A stretch of DNA of 64,000 bases from Marsupella aquatica (GCA_973895155.1 OZ316899.1:10505135-10569134); one strand, 5' to 3'. Counted from the stretch's first letter, positions 1 through 13,547 are shown. Numbers and translations: made by a program. Notes: generated from the letters alone by a model not told the origin.

Positions 1-1480
1 TAGCAGGCGAGTATGTTTCCTGCTGGGTCCAATATCTTCACAGGCTCCAAGGACATTGTCGAGCATCTTAGCGAGGAGCGTGTTAAGATCAAACGAGCGA
101 CGTCTGTCATATTGAAGAAGTGCTCACTCCTGGCAAGCCAAATAGACCATAGAACTTGGTAGACTGTAAATGCTCTAAGTGAGTGAGTCATATTATGACC
201 CTTAAACAATCTGACTAGGGAAAGAATCTCAGTGTCTGACCAGGTAATTACATTAGGAAAGAGTCTAAAAGCCAGATTCCAGCATGTCTTTGCAAATGCA
301 CAGTTGAAGAAACCGTGAGGGATCGTCTCAAGTTTGGTGAGACAAAGGTTGCAGGTCCCCTCTCCTTGCCCAATCCTCTTTGCCCGAGCCCCTCTAAATA
401 ATCCTTGTGCAAGGATTCTCTAGACAAAAGTACGTGATTTCAATGGGAGGTCAGAGGTCCAAAGTGAGTTCCAAATAGTATTCCTGACCACTCAATCTCG
501 GTAAGAGTTGACGACCAATTACGATCGAGCCTGACAAAATCAAAACCCCAGGGTTGAAGGATGTTGTACATATGGGCGCTGGGTACAACAAACATCTTTA
601 GATTCACTTCCTGGTCTGTCCGTCTTCAATGAAAAGCCCAGCTACCTGTCCCTTCCCTGTCTGTTGATAGTTCTAAAGGTCTTAATGAAATTGATGCAAA
701 GCGCATTGGTGACGGTGTCCAGGCCTCTGATCCTTCCAAGCTTCCTATCCACCAGAGCGATGTCCTCTCCAATGCGGCAGGTGTCAGCCAAGTTTTTTAT
801 GCCCAGTCTCCCACAAAGTCTTATCACTGCAGAAAAACTGATATCATCCAAGAATTGAAATCCTATGAGGCATCTAAGAACATCTTCAACGTGATTCCAC
901 CTAGCTGCCACAACTGAGTCACCAGGGGCAACGATAAGATGTGAGCGCAGAGCAGACCATGCTTTCCAGATATTTCCAGTATAGTTGATTTCGCAAAAAG
1001 AGTGTGGGTAGCTAGCTGAGTAGAAGCCTATCCAACAGCGAGTATCTGCTTCCTTCTAATGACTTCGGCATTCATCCATTTTGCCAGTTTCAGATTTTCA
1101 TGTAAGAGTCTAGCCCATTCCGAGGATGGGGCATCCAAGGCTCTGGTGAACCATTTACATACTAGAAGCGCATTTGAGTGACTACGAAACTCTTTGAGAC
1201 CCAATCCACCGTCCACTTTAGGCCTAGTAATCATTTTCTATGCCACAAGGGGTACTTCCTGTCTCCTTTCTCTATATCCCCAAAGGAAATCCCGGCAAAG
1301 CGCAATCATTGTTTTAGCCAACAATTCCAAAGAGTGCATGAACATCATGTGGTAAATAGGCACAACTTTTAGAACAAGCGTAATTATGATCGTCCAACCT
1401 GTGAACAATAAGTTTGGTAGCCCAGGTGGAGAGTTCAGCACCGATTTTATCCAGAGAGAAAGAATGCAATTGAGAGGTTT
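1..1480 (-). mobile_element. L1-clade non-LTR retrotransposon, 3' part of ORF2 (post-RT region and zf-RVT), degraded; continues beyond the left edge of the window
   Basis: Minus-strand translation gives LDKIGAELSTWATKL, LVLKVVPIYHM, RDFLWG, PKVDGGLGLK..SNALL..KW and CNLCLTNLETIPHGFFNCAFAKTCW (zf-RVT-like). Frameshifts and stops are present. Confidence 0.85.
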
Positions 1481-1818
1481 ACAAGGAAAGTTGGGACTTC
1501 ATTCAAACTGATCTAATGGACACAATCTTAGTTTTTGGCGCACAGGTGAATTGGCTTCCAGGTTAAAGGATGGAATGATTAAACTTATTCCTAAGAAACC
1601 AGACAAGAGACAGTTGAAAGACTGGAGACCTTTCACTATGCTTAACACAATTTATAAGATTGTGGCCAAAATTGCGGCGAATACATTTGAAACCTCTTCT
1701 CAATCAACTTATCAGTCCGCAACAAACAGGTTGGGAGCCATATTGTAGAGAATGTATCTATAGCATGGCTGATTGTAGATTGGGTTTGATGCAAGAAAGC
1801 CAAAATGCTCTTCCTTCT
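1481..1818 (+). pseudogene. L1 reverse transcriptase, N-terminal segment (inverted relative to 1-1480)
   Basis: Translation WDFIQTDL..LKDGMIKLIPKKPDKRQLKDWRPFTMLNTIYKIVAK ends at KAKMLFL, at the TSD CTTCT (1814-1818). Confidence 0.85.
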
Positions 1819-3017
1819 TGTGATGCCTAGCCAGGAATCACTAGGCCAGTTAAAGTGGTAAAACCGGGAGTGTACCCTGAAAACACATTAGTATAGTAAC
1901 CAAACAAGGAAAATATAAACAATTAAGGGTGACTATGGAACCTGAGCCGAGGCCGGAAGTAAGGACGCCACGGCAGGGAACATGATTAGGGTTAGGGCGC
2001 GCTAAGTGCCGGCGGCTATAGGTAACCAATGGGAAGATCGACCAGGCAGGGGGGTTAAGGACCGTTCACAAAGAATGGCGGCTCATTTGCAAGCACTGAC
2101 CAAACAGAGGATTGCGAGAAGCTGTCACGCCGTCAGCCTAGGCCTTAACCCGGGCTTTGGCTTAGACAGGCACATCCTTTGTTAAAATGAGGATTCGGGC
2201 AGGGAGGGAGGCACAGAATGCACCTAACTCACACAAACTAGCGCTAAGTGCGCCTATAGTCATATACGGACACCTCTTAGGTATGGTTTGTGTTCCGCTG
2301 CCGGAACGTACCTCAATCGATAGCAGATCGACCCCGGCTTACGGGCTTCTAAGCCTTCGTGTTGTCCGCCTTCGATCTGGATTCGATGGTATGGGTACTC
2401 AACCCGGGCTCGCAACCACTCACCCGCAAGCTGCACCCCGTGCACGACTTGGGTAGTGCGTTTGGCCAAGCGTTGGCACCTATACACAAGATTCACACAT
2501 ATACATATGCACAAGCATACAATCTCGATTTACACAAAGGAAATGATGGGAAAGGATTTTACTACATAGGAGACATATGCGTACACTTAGTTGACCCAAA
2601 AGCTCTGGAATGAACAGGTCCGAGGCCGAGGGTGTACACTACAACGGAGCCCGGCTCCGCACTTGCCCAGCAAGCTTAGTCCTACACCCTCCCCTTGGTA
2701 CTCTTTCACTCCCAGAGGTTGGGACTCCCCGCACATACCGCGGATGTCCAACACTGAGACTAAAAATCCCCCCCCTTGCCTCTACCGAGGGTGGCACTAA
2801 ATACTAAGGGCCAAGGAATGGAGTGCCCTCGTGCCCAAAGATTTGCTAACTAAGGTCCTAACTAAGCTGGTTGTCAGGCCGGAAAACGGCTTGTCTTATT
2901 AGAAGATCCTAATCTACGCAAGTTGTACAGCATGGCAGTGCTGCTTCAACTAGGGCAGGTGCTTGTCCCTATAGCCTAATTTAACTACTCCTACTCTATT
3001 TTAATTGTACTCTGCCG

Positions 3018-5614
3018 CTAATGCCTGGCACGCTTGCCAGAGCCGCCTGAGTGGGAGCGGCTATCCCGCTACCTTTTGAGCCTGTCGGCGTCCTGCTTGA
3101 GTAGCTGGACCTGGTCCAGCAGAGATTCATTCTCCCGCTTTGCCGCGTCTGCCTCTTCCGTGGCCTCCTGGCATGCCTCTTCCAGTTGTTGGGTGTTGCT
3201 CGTCAGCTTATCCACCAACTGGGCCTGTTTCGTGACTTCTCCTTGAAGCCGCGCCACCTCTGCCTTCAGGGTGTCAATCTCGGCTGTGTCCCGCTGAGAC
3301 CTGGAGTCAGCTTCCTCCAGATCCTTTTGCCAACTGAGGACTTGCCCCTACAAACCATCAATCTTGGTCCGGAGCCGCGCGATCTTGGCATCCTTTCCGA
3401 GCCCGGCCTGTACTGCTAACGCTGCTTGGGCCCTAGCCTCGGCAACCTGGTCCTCCGTGGCCGTTACCTGAGGCCGTAGTTGCTGGAGTTCAGCCTCCAG
3501 GGTTGCCACTTCGTCCTTCAGGTAGGCAGACTCAACCCGATATCGCTCTATTCTCTGCGCTGTCTCTGCCTATGCATGTCCTGCCCTTACTGCCACAACC
3601 AACTCCTGGTTGAAGAAGTAGGTCACCCTCCGGGCCATGTATTCCCTGGTGTCCTGAGAGATCTGTTGCGAGAAATCTCCCAACAACCCGTTCAGAAATG
3701 TGCCTGGCGCAAAGAGTTCCGGATGGTCTAGACTATGTCCCTCTGGATTCGGGCACGGGTAGAGTCCAACCTGTGCGGGAGTAGGAGTGGACACATCCAG
3801 CCCTTGAGGTAAGTCGGTCGAAGGGGTTGGTTCCATTGGAGGTGGGCGGTTCTCCTGCACCACCGCGAGGGGTGGCAAAATCCCCTCGGCTATCGTGGCA
3901 TCTGCTTTGGGTGCAGCTTCATCCGGCCCGGCTTCGATTGCATTGTCCCGATTGATCGCGTCTAAGGTCATGATAACGTCAATGGGTATGCCTGGCGGGG
4001 CGGCAGCGGTTGGTTGCGGGGCCGGGGTAGCAGGACTTGTAGCCGCCAGACTTTGGGCCTCAGGCTGCGGTCGCCTCACCTCGGCTAGGAAGACCCATTT
4101 TGGCGGGGTCAGCTCGGGCTTGTTGAGACGCGGGAGGCTCCGGCGGTCGAAACAAGCGTACCACTCGATGATGATTTTGATGTGGCTAGCGAAGTACGCC
4201 CTTCCGCCAAGGTACAAAGTCTTCCTTCTCCGCTCCATCTCCTCGTGGAACTTCTTGACAAAGAAGGACGCCCACTTCCTAGGCCGATAGTTCTCTACCT
4301 GGATAACCTGAGCGGCCAAAATTTCTCCTCTGGGTTCCATCATGTGGAGGGCATATCGCTGGAACTCCAGGCATTTTGCTACCTCCGGGATGAGGCACGT
4401 CCTCATTAAGAACCCATTGTCCACTACCCCCTTGGCCGGGAAGCTAGATGACTGGTATTTAGCTCCCTTGCCCCTAGGAGCCCGCGATTCTACCTGGTTT
4501 ATCCCCTCGGGTAAATCGAAAATCATCTTCAGACGTGCCTCATTGAGACACATCACTCTCCCGTGCGCTTGGGTTTGTTGACGGGCCTTGTCAAAGTTCT
4601 GAATGAACTCCGTCATATCCCGCCCGTAGTACCTACTTCCGTTCCAAGGGAGAGAGGCGAGGTGCTCAAACCCTTGGGTCTTCAGATAGCATGCATGCTT
4701 GGGGTGGAGGATGTTCTTGTGAACGTTGTCCCCCATGCAATGCATGGTCAGCTTGGCTACCGCAACCATGGCCAAAGGCAACCCGAATACGGCTGCGGGC
4801 TCCTTCCTCTTCCTACCCTGAGACTGATTCTCGGGGTGACTAGAAGAGGGGGACATCTCTCCATCCTCTCGGTCGGGTGGTGGTAGCACGACTGCCATGA
4901 GTATTGGTGCCAAAGCTGCTAGAGTTACCGTGTTATCCTGGAGTGGTGCTGGGTTGTTCGGCGCTTATTGAGTCGTACCCCGCGGCCGTCGATTCAGAGG
5001 AGGGTGAGCCTCCTCGTCTTTGGAGCTAATATTTACCGCATTCACCACAGATCGTATTCGGAGAGACAGTGGGACCGGTGGTGGGACCGGCTCGTCTGAG
5101 GCCAAGGAAGTGTAGGCGCGAGTACGGGCACGGGTTGGCCGGCACTGGTCGTTGATGGTAGAGTTGCCATGAAGTTCTGCAGGTGCCGGTGGAGGTTCTC
5201 CAAAGCAAGTGAAGACGGCCCTGTCGACCGGGCAGTGTTGAACTCGCTGTTGATGATAGTCCAGACCCAAGCAGGGATGTGGTCAAAGTGGTGCCGCTGC
5301 AAGTCGATCATGCTTGGGATATTGAAGACCTTGTCTGGAAGCCGAAGCAATGCTTCCCAAAAGCTGATGTATTTCCCTCCGTCGAAGAAGTACCCTGATA
5401 CTTCTTTGGGTTGGTAAAGCTTGCTCTGGGATGGGTAATCAAAGTTAAGGAGATAGTGGTGTCGTCTTGCTAGGCGGATGGCTCTCTCGTATTCGCGTTC
5501 GATCTCGTATTGGCGCGGGTTGGCGTGTTTCAATGAGTCATCCAAGTGCCCTCCAATAGACAGGAACTGAGTCCAGAATGGTATGGCCGAACTGGAAAGG
5601 ATCGTGTGCGACAT
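3018..5614 (-). pseudogene. LTR-encoded ~865-aa protein (Transposase_32-like domain, Pro-rich linker, C-terminal coiled coil), interrupted by stops/frameshifts
   Basis: ORFs 5042-5614, 3570-4913 and 3069-3257. Motif GFEHLASLPW..YGRDMTEFIQNF..HGRVMCLNEARLKMIFDLPEG is conserved in all three copies in the window. Confidence 0.75.
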
Positions 5615-5713
5615 TCAGAGAAGATAGTAGGTGACTAAGGGAAAGCGAGAGAGCCGGGATCGAAGCTGGCGCGTGGACTGAAGAACTGGTGCATTGCAAA
5701 GGATCGGCCCCCC

Positions 5714-5720
5714 TTTTATA
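5714..5720 (-). promoter_or_regulatory. Candidate LTR TATA box (TATAAAA), ~100 nt upstream of the LTR-ORF ATG
   Basis: Conserved at the equivalent positions 13173-13179 and 24828-24834. Confidence 0.55.
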
Positions 5721-6055
5721 CCCTGAGAGCTCGTCGACCGCCCGACGCCTCCTCGTTGCTTATAGGCCAAGCCTTTCATGCTCGCAATGTACTGGCCCCT
5801 TCGCCGGTCCGGGTCAGCTTGTGTCAGTGGCCGCCTCCCGGAGTTCGTTATACGGACCCGAGGGAGGAGGAAAGGGGGCCCATTACACGCTCGCAACCCG
5901 GGCGTGCGAATGGCGACCCACCGCCAGCCCGAACATGAATTCCCCTTATTGACTAATGATTTCCTACTCATAATGGCTACCTAAATACTATCGTTATGCT
6001 AATATTAACGGCCTAAGATACCCCTAACGTGCATGCTAAGTGCGGTTAGATTGAA

Positions 6056-9000
6056 TCACTCATTACCCACCGTACCAGCGGCGTCACATAGCTCCTTGCT
6101 TAATTGTGAAGCGTCCTTGCAAACATCACTCTCGGCGTCGTTATCTTGATGGTGGTACTTCTTCACACGATTGTAACTGACTCGCGTGGGTAGTAAATCG
6201 CCGGCGTACATTGCAAGTTCCAAAGATCCGTTAGGGTAGATCTGATTGACTAGGAAAGGCCCTCGCCAACTGGTATGAAGCTTCCCCGTAAATTGCATGT
6301 ACCTACTATCATACAGTAGGACTAGATTGCCTGTCACAACGTCGACCTTCCGTAGTCCTTTGTCGTGCTGCTTCTTGGAAGCTACCTGCTGCTTGACAAC
6401 GTGTCGAGCTGCCAGTAGCCGTGCTTCTTCTAATGCTTCAATCTGATAAGCTCTGTCCGACAAACTTTCATCTTCGGGTAAGCGATCCCGAATGCTTACC
6501 CGGGGAGTGTGGATTTTGAACTCAACGGGCACCAACAAATGTTGACCAAACATGAGAAAGTACGGGTTGTGACTCGTAGTAGTCTTGTAAGCCAGATTAT
6601 ACGAATACACCGTTGCGTACAACTTGTCATCCCAATCCGTTTTGTGTGCGGCTACTGTCTTGTTGAGGATCTTCCCAATGATACCATTGGCTCTCTCTGT
6701 CAGCCCGTTGGCCTTAGGATGATATGGGGTAGTCTTGCGGTGCTTGACTAGGTAACGCTCTGTAAGTTGGGCTAGGTGTTATTGAGGAAGTGTGTTCCAC
6801 AGTTGCTTACTAACTCCAAGGGCGGCCCAAACCGGGTGAAGATCTGCTCGTATAAGAACCTGGCGCTGGTTGCAGCATCGTCCTTTACCGTAGCCCGTGC
6901 TTCGACCCATTTGGTGGAGTAATCTATAGCTAGCAGGATGTACCTGCATCTTCATCGTCGGGTAACGGGAGTGAACGGCCCGATATAATCAATACCCCAC
7001 TTCTCGAATGGTGCTAGCGGGAGCACAGAAGTGAGGGGGTGGTTATGGGTTCTCCTCGGGGCACCCGCCCGCTGGCACAAATCACATCCCTTGATAAAGT
7101 GTTGTACATCTCGATACAACGAAGGCCACCAATACCCCAAATCCAGAATCTTTCGGGCTGTCGTGAGAGATGCAAAATGGCCTCCGGCTTCTTCTTCATG
7201 CAAGGCCCGCATAACGATGAGCGTCTCCTTGTACTCTAAGCAGCGTCGTAGCTTCCCATTAACTCCCTCCTTATGTAGGTGACCCTGTATCATAACGTAT
7301 GGCCCAGCCTTCCGTAAAAACACAGCGGTGGCCTCCTGATTGATGCCGTCGGGGATGCGGCCTGTTAAGAGGAAGGTGATTATTGAGCCGTACCACGTAG
7401 GCGCTCCCGCCCCTACGTGGAATAACTCCTCGTCCAGAAAAGTATCATTAATTGGCTGATCGACTGGTACACCGTCCAACCTTGAAAAGAAGTCGGCGTT
7501 GAGATGTGCCTTTCCTGGCCGAACCCAAACTTCGTAGTTAAATTCCTGGAGAAGTAGCACCCACCGGGCTATCCGTCCCGTCACGTTCGCTTTGTTGACC
7601 ATGTACTTTAGACTATCGTGATCCGTGTGGAATATGACCTTGTAGCCGAGCAGATAGTGTCGGAACTTCTTACATGAGTAGATACCCAGGCTTCTTGATC
7701 AGTGGGAGAATAATTTTTTTTGGCTGTGAATAGTTGACAGCTAGCGAAGTAGATGGGGTGGTCACATCCGTCCTCATCAAGCTGACTGAGCATGGACCCG
7801 ATACATAATCCTGACACATTGACATACACATGGAACTCCTTATTCCAGTCCGGAGTGACCATGATAGGTGCGGTGGTGAGTCGTTTACGGAGTTCTTCGA
7901 AAGCAATCCGTCTCCTGGGTGTCTCCTCGATCACCGTGTCCTTCTTCATCATCTCAATTAAGGGCAACGCAATCTTAGCAAAATCTTTAATGAATCGACG
8001 ATAGTACCCTACATAGCCCAAGAAGGATCGTACCACTTTTTGATCTATGGGAAACACCACCGCCATCCAAGCCGCGACCTTCTCTTGGTCCACCTCGATA
8101 CCCCGTTTGGACACACGATGTTCGAGTAACACTCCCTCTTCTACCCCAAAAAAACATTTAGCGGGATGTAGCTTGAGGTTAACCTCTCGGCATCATTGTA
8201 GCGTACGTCATAGATGTTCGGGGTGCATGGTGACGGTTCCAAAGATGGCGAAGTCGTCGATAAATATTTCCAGAAATTCCCGTAGGAAATCATGGAAGAT
8301 ATTCATCATGAGTCGCTGAAACATGGCCGGGGCGTTACACAGCCCGAATGGCATTCTCCAAAATGCGAATGTCCCCCATTCCGTAGTGAACATTGTTTTG
8401 AGCTGATCCAAGAGGCGGATCCAGATTTGATTATAACCCGAATACCCGTCAAGGAATGTATAAATTTTGTTTTGGGCTACCATATCGAGAACCATATCCA
8501 TGAATGGTAACGGGTAATGGTCTTTCCGGGTTGCGTCGTTTAGCTTATGATAGTCCTGACAGATCCAAATCTCAGGTTTTCCGTCCGTACCTCCCTTCTT
8601 TGGTACAATGACAATGGGAGAACCCCAGTCGTTGGCCATTACCGGGTAGATGATATCTGCGGTGAGGAGACAATCAATTTCCTCCTTCACTAAGATGGAG
8701 TACCTTGGGTTCATGCGACGTTGTCGCTGCCGTACTGCATGGGCCCCCAGGTTCAAATCGATTGTGTGTTCTCCCAACTCGGGGGAGACTCCCGTCAAAT
8801 CGTGATGGCTCCATGCAAACACATCTTCATATTCCTTGAGCAGTGCTTGGATAGATTTTTCCGCCTCCCCCGTCAGAGCATGGCCCAGGTTAAAAGACTT
8901 ATTCATCCCAATTGTGTACTTCCGGTAGTGCTCCTTTCTTATGACTTCCACCTGGTTCCGCAAGCTCGGGTTGCTCGCATCCAGCTCAGCTAACCGAACT

Positions 9001-11886
9001 CCTTCGTACATGGGTGGAACCAGGATCGGTTTCGGATTTGGGGTTAATTCTTCCAATTGTGGGATGGACGGGTCCCAGGAGACTCGTTTCTTATGTCTCG
9101 ATCTCGGTCTTGGGTTTTTGGCCTCGGGCAGTTGTTTGGCCGATTTGTGGTCACTAGGCTCTGCACTGGTAGAAGCAGCATCGGCTCCCTGCTTAGCTGG
9201 AGCCGTGTCCTCCGTATTGATGGGCCGTTTTTGCGTTTCATCGGTCTGGGTGGTAGAGGTGCTCGGGGTGGACTCAATAGCAACCTTCGGGTAATTCAGG
9301 AGATGTGTTCCTCGGGTTGCCTCTACTCCAAAGACATCTTCCTCGGACAGGGACGAAATGAGTTCAATCATATTGAGCTCATCTTCCTCCGAGGTCTCCA
9401 AATTGTATTCCTCGGGTCCCTATGGGGTTTCCCCCCGATAATCATCCATTGCCCATGATACTCGTACTGCGGGTGTCCCAAACCGTAGCTCCTTCTTTCC
9501 CCAATCCGTGACTACTCGGCCACCATACAACCATGGCCTGCCCAGAAGGACCGGATAAGAGGAGGGCCAAACCGGCCTCATGACTAGGAAGTTGAGATAG
9601 AACTCCACCCCTCCTACAAGAGTGAGCACCCGAGTGAGCGTGCCCAATGGAAGGACCCTTGCCCCGTTTGCTAATCTGATAGCTTGGGCTGTGGGTTGAT
9701 ATGTGAGGTATCCTAACTTGATTGATGTTTCCTCAATCATGATGTTGACTCCCGCTCCTCCGTCTACGAGGACCATCTTGATGGTACAATTATTGATCTC
9801 AATCGAGATGTCCGACGCTCCTAGGTCTTCGCATATCATGTTGCAGTCCGCGATCCCAACTCGGGGTAGTCGCCTCTGTCGCCGACCCGTAAGCAACTCC
9901 CTCAGTTGCCGTCGGTATTGTGGATTGTTCTGCAGCAGTTGCCCTATCATTGCCGTAACCGGGAAACTCTTCACGTCTTCCTTAATATCATAGTCCTCCT
10001 TCTTTTCTTCCTTTGGCTGCTGCTTGGCTTCCTCCTCCTCCTTTCCTTGCTCCTGTTGCCAGGCAGCCTTGGCTGCCTTGATGTCCTTATCGATTGCTTT
10101 CTAGTATTCCCGAGCTTCGTAGGCCTCCAACTGTTTCTTTACCAATTCTTTGATGCGGGGATAAAATAGCTTTGGGTCATCCCGATGGTAGTCATCGTCC
10201 TTCTCCCGGGGTATATCTATTGCTAGCTGCACTGGAGTAGTATCTTGCTTTTTCCTGCATTTTTCTTCCTATTTCTCTTCCTTCCGCTCGGCTCTTGTTG
10301 ACACTCGGTAGCACTCAGCCTAGTCCGATGGATTAGGGTGCTCCGCCACGTCCACCAGATTTACCCACTCGGTGTTGTCATCTTGCCATTCCACAGCAAT
10401 CATTTGGACGACTGCATCGCTCGTGGCTGGTCCGCCCTGGGCCGGTCTTGCTGTGTTTGTTCGAGCGGCTATTACCAATGGATAGTTGGTCGTGGAGTGA
10501 GCTTCTGTTTTGCAGACTTGACATAGTGGTGTGCCTCGGCCATCCCCCTGGCATCTTGGTTTGGTGCATTCCCTCGCAAAGTGGCCTGGCTTCTCACAGT
10601 TGTAACAAATCGGGGATCGCCAAATCCCTGGCTTAGGAGGAATGCTCGGGTTACTGATAACTTGGAAACTTCTGCCATTGTTTGGGTAGGGGTATGCAGT
10701 TCTACTTGCTAAGTTACGCGGACCCACCGTTGAAATCTGATACACCAAATCAGGGGGATCTCCAAAGAAATACTCCGTGGACTCCGATTCAGGTCCCGGG
10801 TTGTCAACATCATCTAATTCCACTTGGTGGACTCGGTTCTTCCATCTTGGGCATTCCTGCACTACATGCCCAGATTGGAAACACTTTGAACACCACGCAT
10901 GTGCTCGGGTCTCAGGTGGCTTCTTCTTCTCCGTAGGCTTTTCCGCGAGATGTACTGATAGTGCTTTGAGACGATCCGTGATTTCGTTAAGCTTGTCTGC
11001 TTTGGCGGCCTTTGGATTGGGTATCGTTCTTCGAACACGGGGCTTGATTTTTCCCTCCTTCTAACCCACCTCTTCTTCTTTTTGCCACGACTCTCGCTCT
11101 CCAAATCACTTCCTGATGAGCTAGAAGTGGAGGATCCGCTGGTCAAAGTTGAATCCAAACTAGATTCTGTCTCCGAACTGGACGAGGTTGAATGATGTTT
11201 CTTCTTCTTCTTGCATTTCTTCTTCTTCTCGTCGTCCGATTTGGAGTCACTATCACTGAAGGTCTCGTACTTGCCCTTCCTACGGCGTGCCCGCTGGCTT
11301 CACCGGGAGTTATAGGTGGACTCCCGGTAGGTTTTGGTGCACGCTATGGCTGCTTGCATTGAAATTGGGTTATTTTGGCGCACCCAGAATTGCATATTTG
11401 TGGGCAAACCATGGAGGAACCACGTAAGCTGGAGCGCGTCACCCGGCCTAGGCCGGATCTTGGCAGCAAGTTTCTAAAACTTCTGAATGAACTTTTGCAG
11501 GGACTCCTTCTTTCCCATGCGAAGCTGGCCGGTCTTTAATAAAGAACCCTGCTCTGATCCAATGGCACAAAACTCTTGGAGCAACGCAACTTGGAATTTT
11601 ACCCATGTAGTCCCGGGTGGCAGCGAGTTGTACCATGGACGAGCTTCTCCCTGCATCACTCTGGGGAGGACGGTTACCTTAATGGCGTCTTTCCCATTGG
11701 CCTTAGCAGTGGCTTCAAACTCATCCAACCATTCATCCGGATCATCCCCATGACGCCCTTTGAAAGGTCGATAATGGAACCGCGACTATTGTGATATTTG
11801 TGGGGGAGCTTGGGCAGCACGGGCCATAGCCGGTGGGGCGGCTGCCATAGGTACTGGTGGCGGTGGCGGTGCTGGTGGTGGTGCAA
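6056..11886 (-). pseudogene. Gypsy gag-pol polyprotein (gag with three CCHC-type knuckles, aspartic protease, RT, RNase H, integrase), disrupted
   Basis: Motifs CSKCFQSGHVVQEC and CYNCEKPGHFAREC (knuckles), LVDGGAGVN (protease), FLDGYSGYNQI and FIDDF (RT), ARWVLLLQEF (RNase H), GGHF..C..C, PFEKWGIDY and WRGPF (integrase). The ORF ends inside the LTR with no chromodomain. Confidence 0.93.
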
Positions 11887-11951
11887 CAGGGACCGGAGCA
11901 GGACCGGTTGGACCGGACCCTGAAGGTCCCGGTGGTATGTTCATTCGTTGA

Positions 11952-13547
11952 GGTTTATCCCCTCGGGTAAATCAAAAATCATCTTCAGACGTGCCTCATT
12001 GAGACACATCACTCTCCCATGCGCTCGGGTTTGTTGATGGGCCTCGTCAAAGTTCTGAATGAACTCCGTCATATCCCGCCCGTAGTACCTGCTTCCGTTC
12101 CAAGGGAGAGAGGCAAGGTGCTCAAACCCTTGGGTCTTCAGATAGCATGCATGCTTGGGGTGGAGGATGTTCTTGTGAACGTTGTCCCCCATGCAATGCA
12201 TGATCAGCTTGGCTACCGCAACCGTGGCCAAAGGCAACCCGAATACGGCTGCGGGCTCCTTCCTCTTCCTACCCCGAGACTGATTCCCGGGGTGACTAGA
12301 AGAGGGGGACATCTCTCCATCCTCTCGGTCGGGTGGTGGGTAGCACGACTGCCGTGAGTATTGGTGCCGAAGCCGCTAGAGTTACCGTGTTATCCTGGAG
12401 TGGTGCTGGGTTGTTTGGCGCTTGTTGAGTCGTACCCCATGGCCGTTGATTCAGAGGAGGGTGAGCCTCCTCGTCTTTGGAGCTAATATTTACCGCATTC
12501 ACCATGGATCGTACTTGGAGAGACGGTGGGACCGGTGGTGGGGACCGGCTTGGCTGAGGCCAAGGAGGTGTAGGCGCGGGTACGGGCACCGGTTGGCCGG
12601 CACTGGTGGTTGATGGTAGAGTTGCCATGAAGTTCTGTAGGTGCCGGTGGAGGTTCTCCAAAGCAAGTGAAGACGGCCCTGTTGACCGGGCAGTGTTGAA
12701 CTCACTGTTGATGATAGTCCAGACCCGAGAGGGGGATGTGGTCAAAGTGGTGCCGCTGCAAGTTGATCGTGCCTAGGATATTGAAGACCTCGTCCGGAAG
12801 CCAAAGCAATGCTTCCCAAAAGCCGATGTATTTGCCTCCGTCGAAGAAGTACCCTGATACTTCTTCGGGTTGGTAAAGCTCGCTCTGGGATGGGTAATCA
12901 AAGTAAAGGAGATAGTGGTGTCATCCTACTAGGCGGATGGCTCTCTCGTATTTGTGTTCGATCTCGTATCGGTGCGGGTTGGCATGTTTCAATGAGTCGG
13001 CCAAGTGCCCTTCGATAGACAGGAACTGAGTCTAGAATTGTATGGCCGAACTGGAAAGGATCGTGTGGGACATTCAGAGGAGATAGCATGTGACTAAGGG
13101 AAAGCGAGAGAGCTGGGGTTGAAGCTGGCGCGTGGACTGAAGAACTGGTGCACTGCAAAGGATCGGCCCCCCTTTTATACCCTAAGAGCTTGCCGACCGC
13201 CCGACGCCTCCTCGTTGCTTATAGGCCGAGCCTTTCACACTCGCAGTGTACCGGCCCCTTCGCCAGTCCGGGTCAGCTTGTGTTAGTGGCCGCCTCCCGG
13301 AGTTTGTTATACAGACTCGAGGGAGGGGGAAAGGGGGCCCATTACACGCTCGCAACCCGGGCGTGCAAATGGCGACCCGCCGCCAGCCCGAACATGAATT
13401 CCCCTTATTGACTAATGATTTCCTACTCATAATGGCTACCTAAATACTGTCATTATGCTAATAATAACGGCCTAAGATACCCCTAACGTGCGTGCTAAGC
13501 ACGGTTAGACCAAATCACTCATTACCCGCCGTACCGGCGGTGTCACA
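11952..13547 (-). repeat. Truncated 5' LTR of family B (deletion removes the distal LTR, PBS and gag start)
   Basis: Matches 4496-6088 over ~1.6 kb and abuts Pro-rich gag sequence at 11951. Confidence 0.88.

Larger units (their letters stand above)
2123..6088 (-). repeat. 3' LTR of family B (3966 bp)
   Basis: Colinear with solo LTR 21193-25193; 4496-6088 matches 11952-13547. A purine-rich AAGCAAGGAG (minus strand) lies just upstream as the likely PPT. Confidence 0.9.
2123..13547 (-). mobile_element. Ty3/gypsy LTR retrotransposon, family B (non-chromovirus type), with ~4-kb LTRs and a partly deleted 5' LTR
   Basis: Termini TGTCAC...GTCACA, TSD GAAGC (2118-2122 and 13548-13552), and gag-PR-RT-RH-INT order on the minus strand. 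Confidence 0.93.

Noticed and set aside
1986-1997. TTAGGGTTAGGG telomere-like repeat
   Set aside because: Only two units inside an LTR, so probably chance or a promoter motif.
6056-6200. Chromodomain at the integrase C-terminus
   Set aside because: The ORF ends shortly after the GPF motif with no chromodomain signature.
3034-13443. Numerous plus-strand ORFs of 60-130 aa
   Set aside because: They are antisense shadows of GC-rich minus-strand retrotransposon coding sequence, with no motifs.
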